Positions 9,584 through 19,241 of a stretch of DNA of 64,000 nt are shown one piece after another. The notes under the pieces are model-generated. The model saw only the letters and a program-made list of their open reading frames with translations, searched no databases and was not told where the DNA came from. Made by a program: the position numbers and the translations under genes. Every line of letters starts with the position of its first letter. The stretch's first letter is position 1. The stretch comes from a virus: the IMG/VR virus record IMGVR_UViG_3300034200_001536, positions 39,215-103,214 of that record, one strand, 5' to 3'.

Positions 9584-11161
9584 ATGGCGTATAAACTATC
9601 TAAAGAGGAAATTACTAAAGAAATCCTAAAGTGCGGCAAAGACCCAGCCTACTTCTTAGATAATTACGCCAAGATTGTTCATCAAAGTAAAGGTTTAATA
9701 CCATTTAGAACTTTTAAGTTCCAAAAAGAGTTATTAAACGATTTCCATGACCATCGATATAACGTAATTTTGAAATCCCGTCAAATGGGTATTTCAACAA
9801 TTGTATCTGGTTATATTGCTTGGATGCTTTTGTTCCACAAAGAACGCAACGTTCTTGTAATGGCAACTAAATTAAATACTGCTATTGAAATAGTAGAAAA
9901 AGTAAAAGATATTATTGATTCAGTTCCAAGCTATGTCAAAATAGCTGACATAACAATTAATAATAAAACTAAACTTGAATTAAGTAACGGTTCTAAAATT
10001 CAAGGTGTACCAACTTCAAAAGATGCAGGTCGTTCTCAAGCTCTATCATTGTTAGTAATTGACGAAGCTGCACACGTCGAAGATATGGATGATTTATGGA
10101 CCGGTTTATTACCAACAATTTCTACTGGTGGTCGTTGTATCGCACTATCAACTCCTAATGGTGTAGGAAATTGGTTTCATAAAACATATGTTGATTCTGA
10201 AAGTGGTTTAAACAATTTTAAACCTTCTAAATTGCCATGGCATATGCATCCTGAATATACTCAGGAATGGTTTGACAATATGACACGCAATATGAGCAAG
10301 CGTCAAGTAGCTCAAGAATTCGAATGTAATTTCAATGCATCTGGCGAAACGGTAATGCATGCTGACGACATTACTAAATTAAAGAAATTTATTTGCGAAC
10401 CAAAACATAGAACTTGGATTGATAGAAATTATCATATTTGGAAAGAATACGATTCTAACGGCTCTTATTTATTAACTGCCGACGTTGCAAGAGGTGATGG
10501 AAAAGATTATTCTGTTTTTCACGTTTTAGATGTTAAAAACATGGAACAAGTAGCAGAATACCAAGGAAAAGTAGATTTAGATAATTTTGCTAAATTGCTT
10601 TTTGACGCTGGAAAAGAATACGGTAATTGTATGATAGTTGTAGAAAATAATAACGTTGGATTTGCTGTATTAACAAAATTAATTGACATGCGTTATCCAA
10701 ATGTTTATTATTCGCAAAAAGGTTCACAAGATTTTATTGATAGTACTAGTGCTCAATATAGTTCGAATTCAGTTCCCGGTTTTACAACTACGATGAAAAC
10801 TCGTCCATTGATTGTAGCCAAATTAGAAGAATTTATTCGTAATAAAAGTATTAAAATTAATTCTCAACGTGTTATAAATGAATTAGATACTTTCGTTTGG
10901 GTAAATGGTAGGCCAGAAGCACAAAAAGGCTATAACGACGATTTGGTAATGTCTTTAGCAATTGGTTGTTGGGTAAGAGATACAGCTATTATTAACAACG
11001 AAAGAAATTTAGAGTATTCTAAGGCATTCTTAAATTCAATCATTAAAAACGGTAATTATTTAGATACATCAGTGCGTAGTTTTCAAAGTGAAGATAAAGC
11101 TCGTAAAATTCAACAAGCTCAACAACAATATAAAGATTTCTTGTGGCTTATTAAAGGTTAA
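9584..11161 (+). CDS. Terminase large subunit (T4 gp17-like)
   Basis: KSRQMGIST Walker A, LVIDEAA Walker B, STPNG; nuclease motifs ADVARGDGKDYS and DDLVMS. Confidence 0.95.
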   Translation: MAYKLSKEEITKEILKCGKDPAYFLDNYAKIVHQSKGLIPFRTFKFQKELLNDFHDHRYNVILKSRQMGISTIVSGYIAWMLLFHKERNVLVMATKLNTAIEIVEKVKDIIDSVPSYVKIADITINNKTKLELSNGSKIQGVPTSKDAGRSQALSLLVIDEAAHVEDMDDLWTGLLPTISTGGRCIALSTPNGVGNWFHKTYVDSESGLNNFKPSKLPWHMHPEYTQEWFDNMTRNMSKRQVAQEFECNFNASGETVMHADDITKLKKFICEPKHRTWIDRNYHIWKEYDSNGSYLLTADVARGDGKDYSVFHVLDVKNMEQVAEYQGKVDLDNFAKLLFDAGKEYGNCMIVVENNNVGFAVLTKLIDMRYPNVYYSQKGSQDFIDSTSAQYSSNSVPGFTTTMKTRPLIVAKLEEFIRNKSIKINSQRVINELDTFVWVNGRPEAQKGYNDDLVMSLAIGCWVRDTAIINNERNLEYSKAFLNSIIKNGNYLDTSVRSFQSEDKARKIQQAQQQYKDFLWLIKG

Positions 11162-11166
11162 ATAAA

Positions 11167-13122
11167 ATGGCAGATAATAAAAATAAATATAATAGTTTGT
11201 CTAAGAAGAATCCGCGGAATAACCAATCTCCTTTATATACAGGATTAACTAAACTGTTTTCTGGCCCTCTAGCCAGCTTCCGTTCACAAGCACAAATTCG
11301 TTATAAGCGTCGTGATTTAGACCGTTATAAGTTTACTTCCGCCAGTGGTCAAGCCTTTAAGAAAAAGTCCTACAATCCTTTTGAAGCCATTCAAAGTAAC
11401 ATCATGGCTAATCAAAGCCGTGCTGAACGTTATAGTGATTTTGACCAAATGGAATTCATGCCCGAAATCGCATCAGCGTTAGATATTTATGCCGATGAAA
11501 TGACTACGTGTAATGCTTTTAGACAAGTATTAATAATAGACAGTAAAAATGAAGAAATAAAAAATATTCTTTATAATCTCTATTATAATATTCTAAATTT
11601 AGAAACAAATTTATTTTCATGGTGTAGAACCATGTGTAAATTTGGCGACTTCTTCCTTTATTTAGACATCGATGAAAAATTAGGAGTTAAATCTTGTTTA
11701 GGTTTACCTTCACCAGAAGTAGAACGTTTAGAAGGAGAAGACGAAAGTAATCCTAATTATGTCCAATTTCAATGGAACAGCGCAGGATTAACTTTCGAAA
11801 ATTGGCAAATTGCACACTTTAGAGTATTAGGACAGGATAAATATGGTCCATATGGTACCTCTATTCTAGAACCAGCTAGACGTATATGGCGTCAACTACA
11901 ATTGATGGAAGATGCAATGATGGCTTATCGTATCGTACGTGCCCCAGACCGTCGTGTATTTTATATTGATGTTGGTAACGTAGCACCTGCTGAAGTTGAA
12001 CAATTCATGCAAAAAATCATTACTCAGATGAAACGTAATCAAATAGTAGACCCTAATACTGGTCGTGTTGATTTACGTTATAATCCAATGAGTATTGATG
12101 AAGATTATTTCTTGCCAGTAAGAGGTACACAAGGCGGAACAAAGATTGACACACTTCCCGGTGGTCAATTCCAAGGTGATATTGATGACGTACAATACCT
12201 TCGTGATAAATTATTTTCCGCTATTAAAGTTCCTCAAGCATATCTATCCAGTGCTAAGGACAAAGCTCCAGAAGACAAAAGTACATTAGCGCAAAAAGAT
12301 ATTCGTTTTGCTCGTACAGTGCAAAGATTGCAAAGAATTATAACTAGTGAACTAGAAAAGATAGGTATCATCCATCTTTATACTCTTGGTTATCGTAATG
12401 AAGATTTATTAAAGTTTAAGGTTAAGCTTAACAATCCATCAAAAATAAGTGAACTACAAGAGATTGAACATTTTAAGGCTCAACTAGAAGTTGCTGCTGC
12501 AGCTAAAGAAAATGGATTCAGCAAACGTTGGATATACGAAAATGTATTCCGTATGAATGATACAGACTTTTTACGTATTCAACGTGACTTATACTATGAT
12601 AAACAAACAGAGAAAGCTATTGAAGCAGGCGAAGTTAGTGATACCGGTACAGTTGGCGGTGGAACTATAACAGCAGACACAGCTGCAGCAGGCCTAGAAA
12701 CTTCTGAAGAAGGAGGTGTCACAACTCCAGAAGGAGAAGGTCTAGAAGGCACTGAAGCAGCCCCAGAAGCAACAGAGGGCCCAGAAAGTAATCTTTTATC
12801 AGCCCCAGCAAGAAGAGATGATACATCATATACTACAGTAGGAGCAAAAGGCAAAACATATACACCAGTAAAATACGATAGTCGTCCAAGCGGTGCACGC
12901 TCAAGGCATTTAGAAAAAACTCACACGCCAGAATCTACAACTAGTAAATACAGAAATTTGTTTGCTGGTAGCAAATCATTATCACAAGCTAGTAAGGGTA
13001 TATTTAATGAATCATCTGAAGAATTTGAAAGCGATGAAAAAATGTTGATGGACGTAGAAAATAAGCTCCAAATGCTTTCAAAAACACTACTTAAAGAAGA
13101 TAAAGAATCGGAGAATGAATAA
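11167..13122 (+). CDS. Portal protein (T4 gp20-like) with acidic C-terminal extension
   Basis: EDAMMAYRIVRAPDRRVFYIDVG, EDYFLPVRG, IDTLPGG motifs. Confidence 0.95.
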   Translation: MADNKNKYNSLSKKNPRNNQSPLYTGLTKLFSGPLASFRSQAQIRYKRRDLDRYKFTSASGQAFKKKSYNPFEAIQSNIMANQSRAERYSDFDQMEFMPEIASALDIYADEMTTCNAFRQVLIIDSKNEEIKNILYNLYYNILNLETNLFSWCRTMCKFGDFFLYLDIDEKLGVKSCLGLPSPEVERLEGEDESNPNYVQFQWNSAGLTFENWQIAHFRVLGQDKYGPYGTSILEPARRIWRQLQLMEDAMMAYRIVRAPDRRVFYIDVGNVAPAEVEQFMQKIITQMKRNQIVDPNTGRVDLRYNPMSIDEDYFLPVRGTQGGTKIDTLPGGQFQGDIDDVQYLRDKLFSAIKVPQAYLSSAKDKAPEDKSTLAQKDIRFARTVQRLQRIITSELEKIGIIHLYTLGYRNEDLLKFKVKLNNPSKISELQEIEHFKAQLEVAAAAKENGFSKRWIYENVFRMNDTDFLRIQRDLYYDKQTEKAIEAGEVSDTGTVGGGTITADTAAAGLETSEEGGVTTPEGEGLEGTEAAPEATEGPESNLLSAPARRDDTSYTTVGAKGKTYTPVKYDSRPSGARSRHLEKTHTPESTTSKYRNLFAGSKSLSQASKGIFNESSEEFESDEKMLMDVENKLQMLSKTLLKEDKESENE

Positions 13123-13936
13123 AATGAAACATAATAAGAAAAGAAATACCGCTTTTCTTTACGAAATTCTTTTACGTGAAGGCACAAAGGCATCTTTAGA
13201 AAAAGATATTGACCGTTTAAAAACAATTAAAACTTTAATAGTTGAATACTTTCATCCACAAGCAGTATTAGGCTATGAGCTATCTCTTTATAAAGCTCTT
13301 CGTTCTTCAGAAATAGATAAGTCTATTGGTGAAAAGTATTTAACCGAAGTTAAAAACCGTCATAATAATATTGATAAACGCCTATTATTTAATGAACAAA
13401 CAAAATTAATTAACAAGATTAATAAATCTTTAGGTGCAGAAGTATATAACAATTTTGTTCCTTATTATAAAGACTTAGCAACAATAGCGCAAATCTTTAA
13501 TGACACGACTTCAATAAAAGAAAAAATTCTTCTTGAGCAAGCATTATTGAAAGATTTGCAAACTTTAAATGAAAACGGCAAACAAGAATTAAAACCTATA
13601 GATGCTATTGTATATAAAACATTCGTTAAGAAATTTAATGATAAGTATTCTAGTTTGTTATCAGAACAAAAAGATTTACTAACAAAATATGTTAGTTCTT
13701 TTGCTGATAATAATTTAGAACTTAAATTATATTTAAATGAAGAAATAGACAGATTAAAAGCAAGAATTAATTCTGCATTACAACTAGAAGAAATTAAAGT
13801 TGATAATAGAATGCAAGAAAAAACTAAAAAATTGTTATCCGTTCTTCAAGAATTTAAATCTAAAAAAGATTTAACACCTGATATGCTAGAAAATGTATTA
13901 AAAATACAACAATTTGTTCATGAGGTAGAAAGTTAA
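13115..13936 (+). CDS. Head-module hypothetical protein
   Basis: 273 aa helical ORF overlapping the portal stop. Confidence 0.6.
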   Translation: MNKMKHNKKRNTAFLYEILLREGTKASLEKDIDRLKTIKTLIVEYFHPQAVLGYELSLYKALRSSEIDKSIGEKYLTEVKNRHNNIDKRLLFNEQTKLINKINKSLGAEVYNNFVPYYKDLATIAQIFNDTTSIKEKILLEQALLKDLQTLNENGKQELKPIDAIVYKTFVKKFNDKYSSLLSEQKDLLTKYVSSFADNNLELKLYLNEEIDRLKARINSALQLEEIKVDNRMQEKTKKLLSVLQEFKSKKDLTPDMLENVLKIQQFVHEVES

Positions 13937-14457
13937 TGCTTAAAATTATTGTTAAAGGTACAACTGGCGAACAAAAAGAAGTAAATATTCGCAAAACACT
14001 TTCTGGAGATTTAATGTTGAGAGAACATCCAGAAATTGATATTATTGTTATACCTGAAAAACAAAAAGTATTAGTTTTACCAAAAGATGAACAAAATGAC
14101 CACGTATATAAATTACAAGAACTTTTATTTAAATATATGATTCAAAAAGGAGTAATATTACCAGAAAGCGTATTTGCTGGTAACGTTTATGGTTCTTTGC
14201 AAGGTAACTATCCTCAACAAACCCCAGATGGCGTAGACTCTTTACAAGTTGTTATATACAATCTTGCTAATTTTATTGAAGAAGAGCGTCCTAAGTACGA
14301 ATATGAAAAAGCTTACGAAGAACAAATGGAACAAGAACTTCTTGTTCCTGATACAGAAGATTCTACAGAACTAGGCGAAGTACCACAAGAACCATTCAAG
14401 GGTTCTATACCAAAATATGGCTTCCCAACCCGTGGTATTTATCGTTACAATTATTAG
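13936..14457 (+). CDS. Head-module hypothetical protein
   Basis: TAATG-coupled ORF. Confidence 0.6.
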   Translation: MLKIIVKGTTGEQKEVNIRKTLSGDLMLREHPEIDIIVIPEKQKVLVLPKDEQNDHVYKLQELLFKYMIQKGVILPESVFAGNVYGSLQGNYPQQTPDGVDSLQVVIYNLANFIEEERPKYEYEKAYEEQMEQELLVPDTEDSTELGEVPQEPFKGSIPKYGFPTRGIYRYNY

Positions 14458-14468
14458 GATACTTTATA

Positions 14469-15272
14469 ATGAAATTAATAAAAGAAAACTCTCAATTAAT
14501 ATTGGAATATTCTTCCTTACAAGAAGCGTGGTATCACTATTTATCTGGAGTTGGCGGTGCAGTTTCACAAGAAATTAAAGATTTAATTGATAAATCAAAA
14601 TTATTACCTAAAGATGAGCAAGACAAAGTTTTAAATTTTTTAAATAAAGCACATGCCGCAAAAAAAGCAGGTAATAAAGAAGAATATCTTAAATATATAG
14701 GTATGGCCGTGCAGGCAACAAGACAAGAAATGGCTTTGGGAATACAACAACGTCAATCTAAAAAAATCGTTCCCCCGTCCCCACCCCCTGAAGCATACGA
14801 TGATGTTTTAGAATTAAACGAGGAAATAAAAATGAAAATTACACAACAACAATTGAAGCAAATTATCAACGAAGAAATTAACAAAATGTCTGAAGAAGGT
14901 GAATTAGACGAATTTTTAAATTATTTTAAAGGTGCTGGTGGAGCAGCTGTAGGTGACGTTGGCGGTGCAATAAAAAGAGGAGCAGAAAAAGTAGCTGCTA
15001 AAGCTGGCGAGTATCACAAAGCAGGTCAAACCGCCAGCGTTAAAGCAGATGTAGCTAAATCTTTAAGTCGCCTACAAATAAGTATGACTAAAATGAAAAC
15101 AGACATTGATAATTTACAACAACGTGCTGTAAAACTAGGTCTAAATCTAGGATTAGATAAGATTGCTAACCAAATTAAAAACCAAATTGAACCAGCGGTC
15201 GTTGCTGCAGCAAAAAGATTAGGCTCCGCACAATCATCACCAGTTACCGAAAAAATAGATGAAAGCAAATAG
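14469..15272 (+). CDS. Two-module protein with internal in-frame start at 14832 (MKITQQQLKQIINEE)
   Basis: GAGGA SD before the internal ATG; both halves have LxE followed by a G(V/A)GGA motif. Confidence 0.65.
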   Translation: MKLIKENSQLILEYSSLQEAWYHYLSGVGGAVSQEIKDLIDKSKLLPKDEQDKVLNFLNKAHAAKKAGNKEEYLKYIGMAVQATRQEMALGIQQRQSKKIVPPSPPPEAYDDVLELNEEIKMKITQQQLKQIINEEINKMSEEGELDEFLNYFKGAGGAAVGDVGGAIKRGAEKVAAKAGEYHKAGQTASVKADVAKSLSRLQISMTKMKTDIDNLQQRAVKLGLNLGLDKIANQIKNQIEPAVVAAAKRLGSAQSSPVTEKIDESK

Positions 15273-15774
15273 ACAAATACTTTTACAATTAATCTTAGAA
15301 GTATTAAGTGAAGAAGATATCCGTGATAAGTACGGATATCTTATAGCTACAGATGTTCCAAAATTAAAAAAAGATAAATATCAAATTTCTGATAAAGAAA
15401 TAGTTTTTATCTTGCAGCCACTTATTTCGTTTGTTAATCAAGAATACCCTAAAATTTCTAATGAAGTTTTACGAGAAATGATAGAGGATTTAGTAAATAT
15501 AAAAAAACTAAATCCAGAATTAGAAAAAGCAGTAGGAATATTTAATAAAAAATATGATTCTGCTTTTTCTGTCAAACAAATAAAAAACATGATGCTTGTT
15601 TTTAAAGTAGCTGACAATTTAAGAGGCGTGCATAATTTGATAAATTTCTATGAACAAGTTACTAAAAGAGAAAAAATAAATTTATCTTCTTATCAACCTT
15701 CAAAAGAAATTCCTAGAGAACCAACACAAAAACTTAAAGAAAAGAAAGTTAGAGTAAGATATAAATGCAATTAA
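15259..15774 (+). CDS. Hypothetical protein with MKANRQILLQLILE leader
   Basis: Variant of the shared leader. Confidence 0.6.
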   Translation: MKANRQILLQLILEVLSEEDIRDKYGYLIATDVPKLKKDKYQISDKEIVFILQPLISFVNQEYPKISNEVLREMIEDLVNIKKLNPELEKAVGIFNKKYDSAFSVKQIKNMMLVFKVADNLRGVHNLINFYEQVTKREKINLSSYQPSKEIPREPTQKLKEKKVRVRYKCN

Positions 15775-16031
15775 TAACTTTTATATTAGCTTGTTATGGC
15801 ATGACAATGATAGTTGTATATGGAAAAATATTTGAACCTATTAGACCAAATCACTACTTCTTTCGCTGCACAATGTGTATGGGATTTTGGATAGGATTAT
15901 TTAATTGTTTTATGATTGAATTGCCCTTTAACGCTTTTACATCTGGCTGTATAAGTGCAGGAACATCTTATTTTTTAAGCCGCCTTGTTGATGATGATGG
16001 TATACTAATAAAATTGAAGAAAAGCAATTAA
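15765..16031 (+). CDS. Small membrane protein with CxxC (DUF1360-like)
   Basis: Hydrophobic segments; CTMCMGFW. Confidence 0.55.
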   Translation: MQLITFILACYGMTMIVVYGKIFEPIRPNHYFFRCTMCMGFWIGLFNCFMIELPFNAFTSGCISAGTSYFLSRLVDDDGILIKLKKSN

Positions 16032-16035
16032 AACG

Positions 16036-16045
16036 ACTATTTATA
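16036..16045 (+). promoter_or_regulatory. Putative late promoter ACTATTTATA
   Basis: Intergenic motif copy before the micro-ORF and protease. Confidence 0.6.
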
Positions 16046-16065
16046 ATTGATTGGAGGTGTTGCTT

Positions 16066-16137
16066 ATGAGAGAACAGATTATTTACACAAGACGTTACTT
16101 ATTGCAACCCGTTAGACGTTGCTGCAACGGTAGCTGA
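16066..16137 (+). CDS. 23-aa micro-ORF MREQIIYTRRYLLQPVRRCCNGS
   Basis: GGAGGTG SD 6 nt before ATG; below ORF-track size cutoff. Confidence 0.6.
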   Translation: MREQIIYTRRYLLQPVRRCCNGS

Positions 16138-16141
16138 ATTT

Positions 16142-16167
16142 AGCCCCGATGAAATATTCGGGGCTTT
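16142..16167 (+). promoter_or_regulatory. GC-rich hairpin between micro-ORF and protease
   Basis: AGCCCCGA-TGAAATAT-TCGGGGCT followed by a short T run. Confidence 0.55.
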
Positions 16168-16184
16168 AACCTTTATACAAAACT

Positions 16185-16796
16185 ATGTCAAAAGAATTAC
16201 TTAGAGAATGGTACGAATTATGCGAAGGTGGCGTTTGTCAAGACTTATTGACAGAGGCTGAGAAACTTCATGTTAAAAACGGTGGATTGATGCTTACGGG
16301 TGTCATGCAAAGAGCCGATAAAGAAAACGGTAATGGTCGTGTTTACGGCAAAACTATTTTAGAACGTGAAATAGAAAATTATAAAAAGCTTGTTGAAGAC
16401 CGTAGGGCTTTAGGCGAATTAGACCATCCAGAAGATTCCGTAGTTAATCTTAAAAATGTTTCACATATGGTTACAGGTATTTGGTGGGATGGCGATGCAG
16501 TAATGGGAAAAGTTAAGGTTTTAGACACCCCATCAGGAAAAATTCTTCGTTCTCTAGTGGAAAGCGGCGTAAAACTTGGTATTTCTAGCCGTGGTTTAGG
16601 TAGCACACGTAAAGAAATGGGAAAAACCATTGTAGAAGATGATTTTCAGTTAATCTGCTTTGATTTCGTTCAAGAACCAAGCACTCCCGGCGCATTTATG
16701 ATGAGTGAAGGCAAAAAACGCACTCTAGACCCAAAAGTTATTTGGTCAAAAGCTGACCGCTTAAACAGATTACTCAACGATATCGTAAAAGGATAA
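16185..16796 (+). CDS. Prohead maturation protease (T4 gp21-like)
   Basis: NGNGRVY, ALGELDHP, GISSRGLGS, DFVQEPSTPGA. Confidence 0.95.
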   Translation: MSKELLREWYELCEGGVCQDLLTEAEKLHVKNGGLMLTGVMQRADKENGNGRVYGKTILEREIENYKKLVEDRRALGELDHPEDSVVNLKNVSHMVTGIWWDGDAVMGKVKVLDTPSGKILRSLVESGVKLGISSRGLGSTRKEMGKTIVEDDFQLICFDFVQEPSTPGAFMMSEGKKRTLDPKVIWSKADRLNRLLNDIVKG

Positions 16797-16803
16797 AACT
16801 AAA

Positions 16804-17205
16804 ATGTCGGAATTTCAATATAAAGCAGGATTAAATCACGTTGGCAGCTATCAAATAAGTGGAATACCATATGTAACTGGCGGCTTAACAGCGCCAACCG
16901 GTTCTGGAACTCCTATTTCTATTGATTTTCCAAGTGTTACACAATTTATAACCGTTACAAATGGTTCTACAGTTGCTAGTAACGCCTATCTTAGAATTGG
17001 ATATAGCTTAAGCGGTACTCAGGGAACAAACTATACTTTAGTTCCTCCAATGTCTTCTATAACTTATGAAGTAAGAGCAACAAAATTATTTTTGCTAGGT
17101 AACACATCGGCAATTACAGGTCTAGTAAGCGTTGCAGCAGGACTCACAGGAATTACCGGTTATGATTTAGCAACTATTTATTCTGGCAGTAACGGAATCG
17201 GATAA
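16804..17205 (+). CDS. Small beta-rich virion protein (decoration-like)
   Basis: S/T/G-rich; lies in the head module. Confidence 0.5.
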   Translation: MSEFQYKAGLNHVGSYQISGIPYVTGGLTAPTGSGTPISIDFPSVTQFITVTNGSTVASNAYLRIGYSLSGTQGTNYTLVPPMSSITYEVRATKLFLLGNTSAITGLVSVAAGLTGITGYDLATIYSGSNGIG

Positions 17206-17213
17206 CATAAATA

Positions 17214-19079
17214 ATGAGTACCCTTATAGATTGCGCTGATACTTTAAATTGTGCTACGTTATCCGGAAGCGATAACGTTAATGTTGCTTTTCAGGCAGGC
17301 GTTCCAAATAAAATTGTTGTTTCTTTATCACAATCAGTTGTTGGATTATCTAAATTAGAAGTTACCGGAAATGCGATTATATCTAATAATAGTTCTAATG
17401 CGGCACTCCGTATAACACAAACAGGAGCCGGCGAAGCCATACGTGTTGAAGATAGTGCTAATCCCGATAGCACACCATTTGTTGTAAGTTCCGTTGGTAA
17501 TGTTGGTATTGGTACATCATCTCCAAGTGAAAAACTAGAGGTTAGCAATCCAACGGACTATTGTGCAATTCGCGTATCAGCAAACCCAACTGTCAACACG
17601 GCTAATGAAGCACAAGTTCATCTTAATAGTGGCTTAAACGGTTATACAAGACTTTTTTATCGTGAATCAGATAAAGCTTTTGGTATTTACCATAGTGGTA
17701 CCGCAGGTCCAGCAACAAAGTTCCGTATTAATGACAGTGGTATGTCGCTTATGGAAGGAGGCGGAAATGTTGGTGTTGGTGTTCAATCACCGGCACAAAA
17801 ATTAGATATTCGTGGTGGGACAGAAGTAAATGCTCAAGTGTATGCTGATAGTGCTGGTGCAACAAGAGCAGATTTGCGTTTACGTGTTAATAATACCACT
17901 GGTGACAACTATATTACTTTTGGTGATTCAACTGCTTTTGATGTAGGAAGAATACAATATAATCATAATTCTGATTATATGGCCTTTTATGTTAATTCAT
18001 CAGAAGATATGAGAATTACATCAAATGGGAATGTTGGTATTGGAACAGCTACTCCTCAAAGCATACTACACATAGAAGCAAATGGTTATACAAATCAAAC
18101 TATAAGAAGTGCAGGTGCCTTCGCTGGTTCATATATATTAGCTCAACGGTCTAAGGGCACTTTAGAATCTAAAACCGCTTTAGGAATCGATGATTACGCT
18201 GGTGGTTTGTTGTTTTCTGGATATGATGGAACTAATTTTATAAATCTTGCCGGTGTGTATGGAATAGTTAATGGAACTCCCGGCACTAATGATATGCCGG
18301 GTGCTTTAGCATTTTCTACTACAGCCGATGGAAGTAGTACGATTACTGAAAGAATGAGAATTGACAATACGGGTAGTGTTGGTATTGGAACTGCAACCCC
18401 ATCCACGAAGTTGCATGTTAGAGGCGATGTATCTGTTGAAGACACAAATCCAACTGTATCTTTTAAAAACACTTCTGGTAATCAAATAGGCTCTTTGGCG
18501 CACAATGGCTCTGGTGGCCGTATGGATTTAATAAATGAAGAAGCTAATTTATTAAGACTTGGAACTAACGGAGGGCCATTAGTATATATTGCTTCTTCTA
18601 ACGTTGGTATAAATATTGATACGCCAACTCAAACATTAGATATTAATGGAACTTTAAGAATTAGAAACTTAGTAGCAGGTACCAATACTGCTCCCGGTAG
18701 AGCGGCCACTGGTGAAATAACAGCTTTAAGTTCCGATAAAAGATTAAAAAAAGATATTTCAATTCTTTCTGATTCTCTTAATAAAGTTAAAAATTTAAGA
18801 GGTGTTACATTTAAATGGGATAAAACAAATGAACCTGACTTCATTATCGACGATTCAGAAAAAGAAAAAGAACAAATTGGTTTAATAGCGCAAGAAGTGG
18901 AAGCAGTATATCCACAATTAGTTTATTTAAATGGCGTTAAAGATTATAAAGGTGTAAGATACCCAGAACTTACTGCTGTATTAATTGAGGCTGTTAAAGA
19001 ATTATCGTCACTTAACGATGAATTAAAACAAAAATTAGATGATGTAATGACAAGAATATCTGCTTTAGAAAATAAATAG
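17214..19079 (+). CDS. Fibre protein with C-terminal peptidase S74 intramolecular chaperone
   Basis: Repeated GNVGIGT..P..L units; SDKRLKKDI and GLIAQEVE; terminal coiled coil. Confidence 0.85.
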   Translation: MSTLIDCADTLNCATLSGSDNVNVAFQAGVPNKIVVSLSQSVVGLSKLEVTGNAIISNNSSNAALRITQTGAGEAIRVEDSANPDSTPFVVSSVGNVGIGTSSPSEKLEVSNPTDYCAIRVSANPTVNTANEAQVHLNSGLNGYTRLFYRESDKAFGIYHSGTAGPATKFRINDSGMSLMEGGGNVGVGVQSPAQKLDIRGGTEVNAQVYADSAGATRADLRLRVNNTTGDNYITFGDSTAFDVGRIQYNHNSDYMAFYVNSSEDMRITSNGNVGIGTATPQSILHIEANGYTNQTIRSAGAFAGSYILAQRSKGTLESKTALGIDDYAGGLLFSGYDGTNFINLAGVYGIVNGTPGTNDMPGALAFSTTADGSSTITERMRIDNTGSVGIGTATPSTKLHVRGDVSVEDTNPTVSFKNTSGNQIGSLAHNGSGGRMDLINEEANLLRLGTNGGPLVYIASSNVGINIDTPTQTLDINGTLRIRNLVAGTNTAPGRAATGEITALSSDKRLKKDISILSDSLNKVKNLRGVTFKWDKTNEPDFIIDDSEKEKEQIGLIAQEVEAVYPQLVYLNGVKDYKGVRYPELTAVLIEAVKELSSLNDELKQKLDDVMTRISALENK

Positions 19080-19084
19080 ATATC

Positions 19085-19213
19085 ATGAAAATTTTAACAA
19101 CCGTAACAGCATCAGCGGGTTTAGACGTATCTTCGACTAATACGGATACTATAAAATTAGGTAGTTCTAATACAAATTATCAAAATTCATTAAACAATAA
19201 CATTTCTTCATAA
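19085..19213 (+). pseudogene. 42-aa ORF, possible remnant of a fibre-like gene
   Basis: MKILTTVTASAGLDVSST resembles TASxGL segments of 541..1638; ends early. Confidence 0.3.
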
Positions 19214-19219
19214 TAGAAT

Positions 19220-19228
19220 ACTATATAT
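19220..19228 (+). promoter_or_regulatory. Putative late promoter variant ACTATATAT
   Basis: Intergenic variant of the motif. Confidence 0.45.
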
Positions 19229-19241
19229 ATCGTGAGGATAT

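Noticed and set aside
16135-16165. UGA plus hairpin as a selenocysteine/SECIS signal
   Set aside because: Read-through would add only Sec-Ile before TAG, and no Sec machinery is seen; a regulatory hairpin is simpler.
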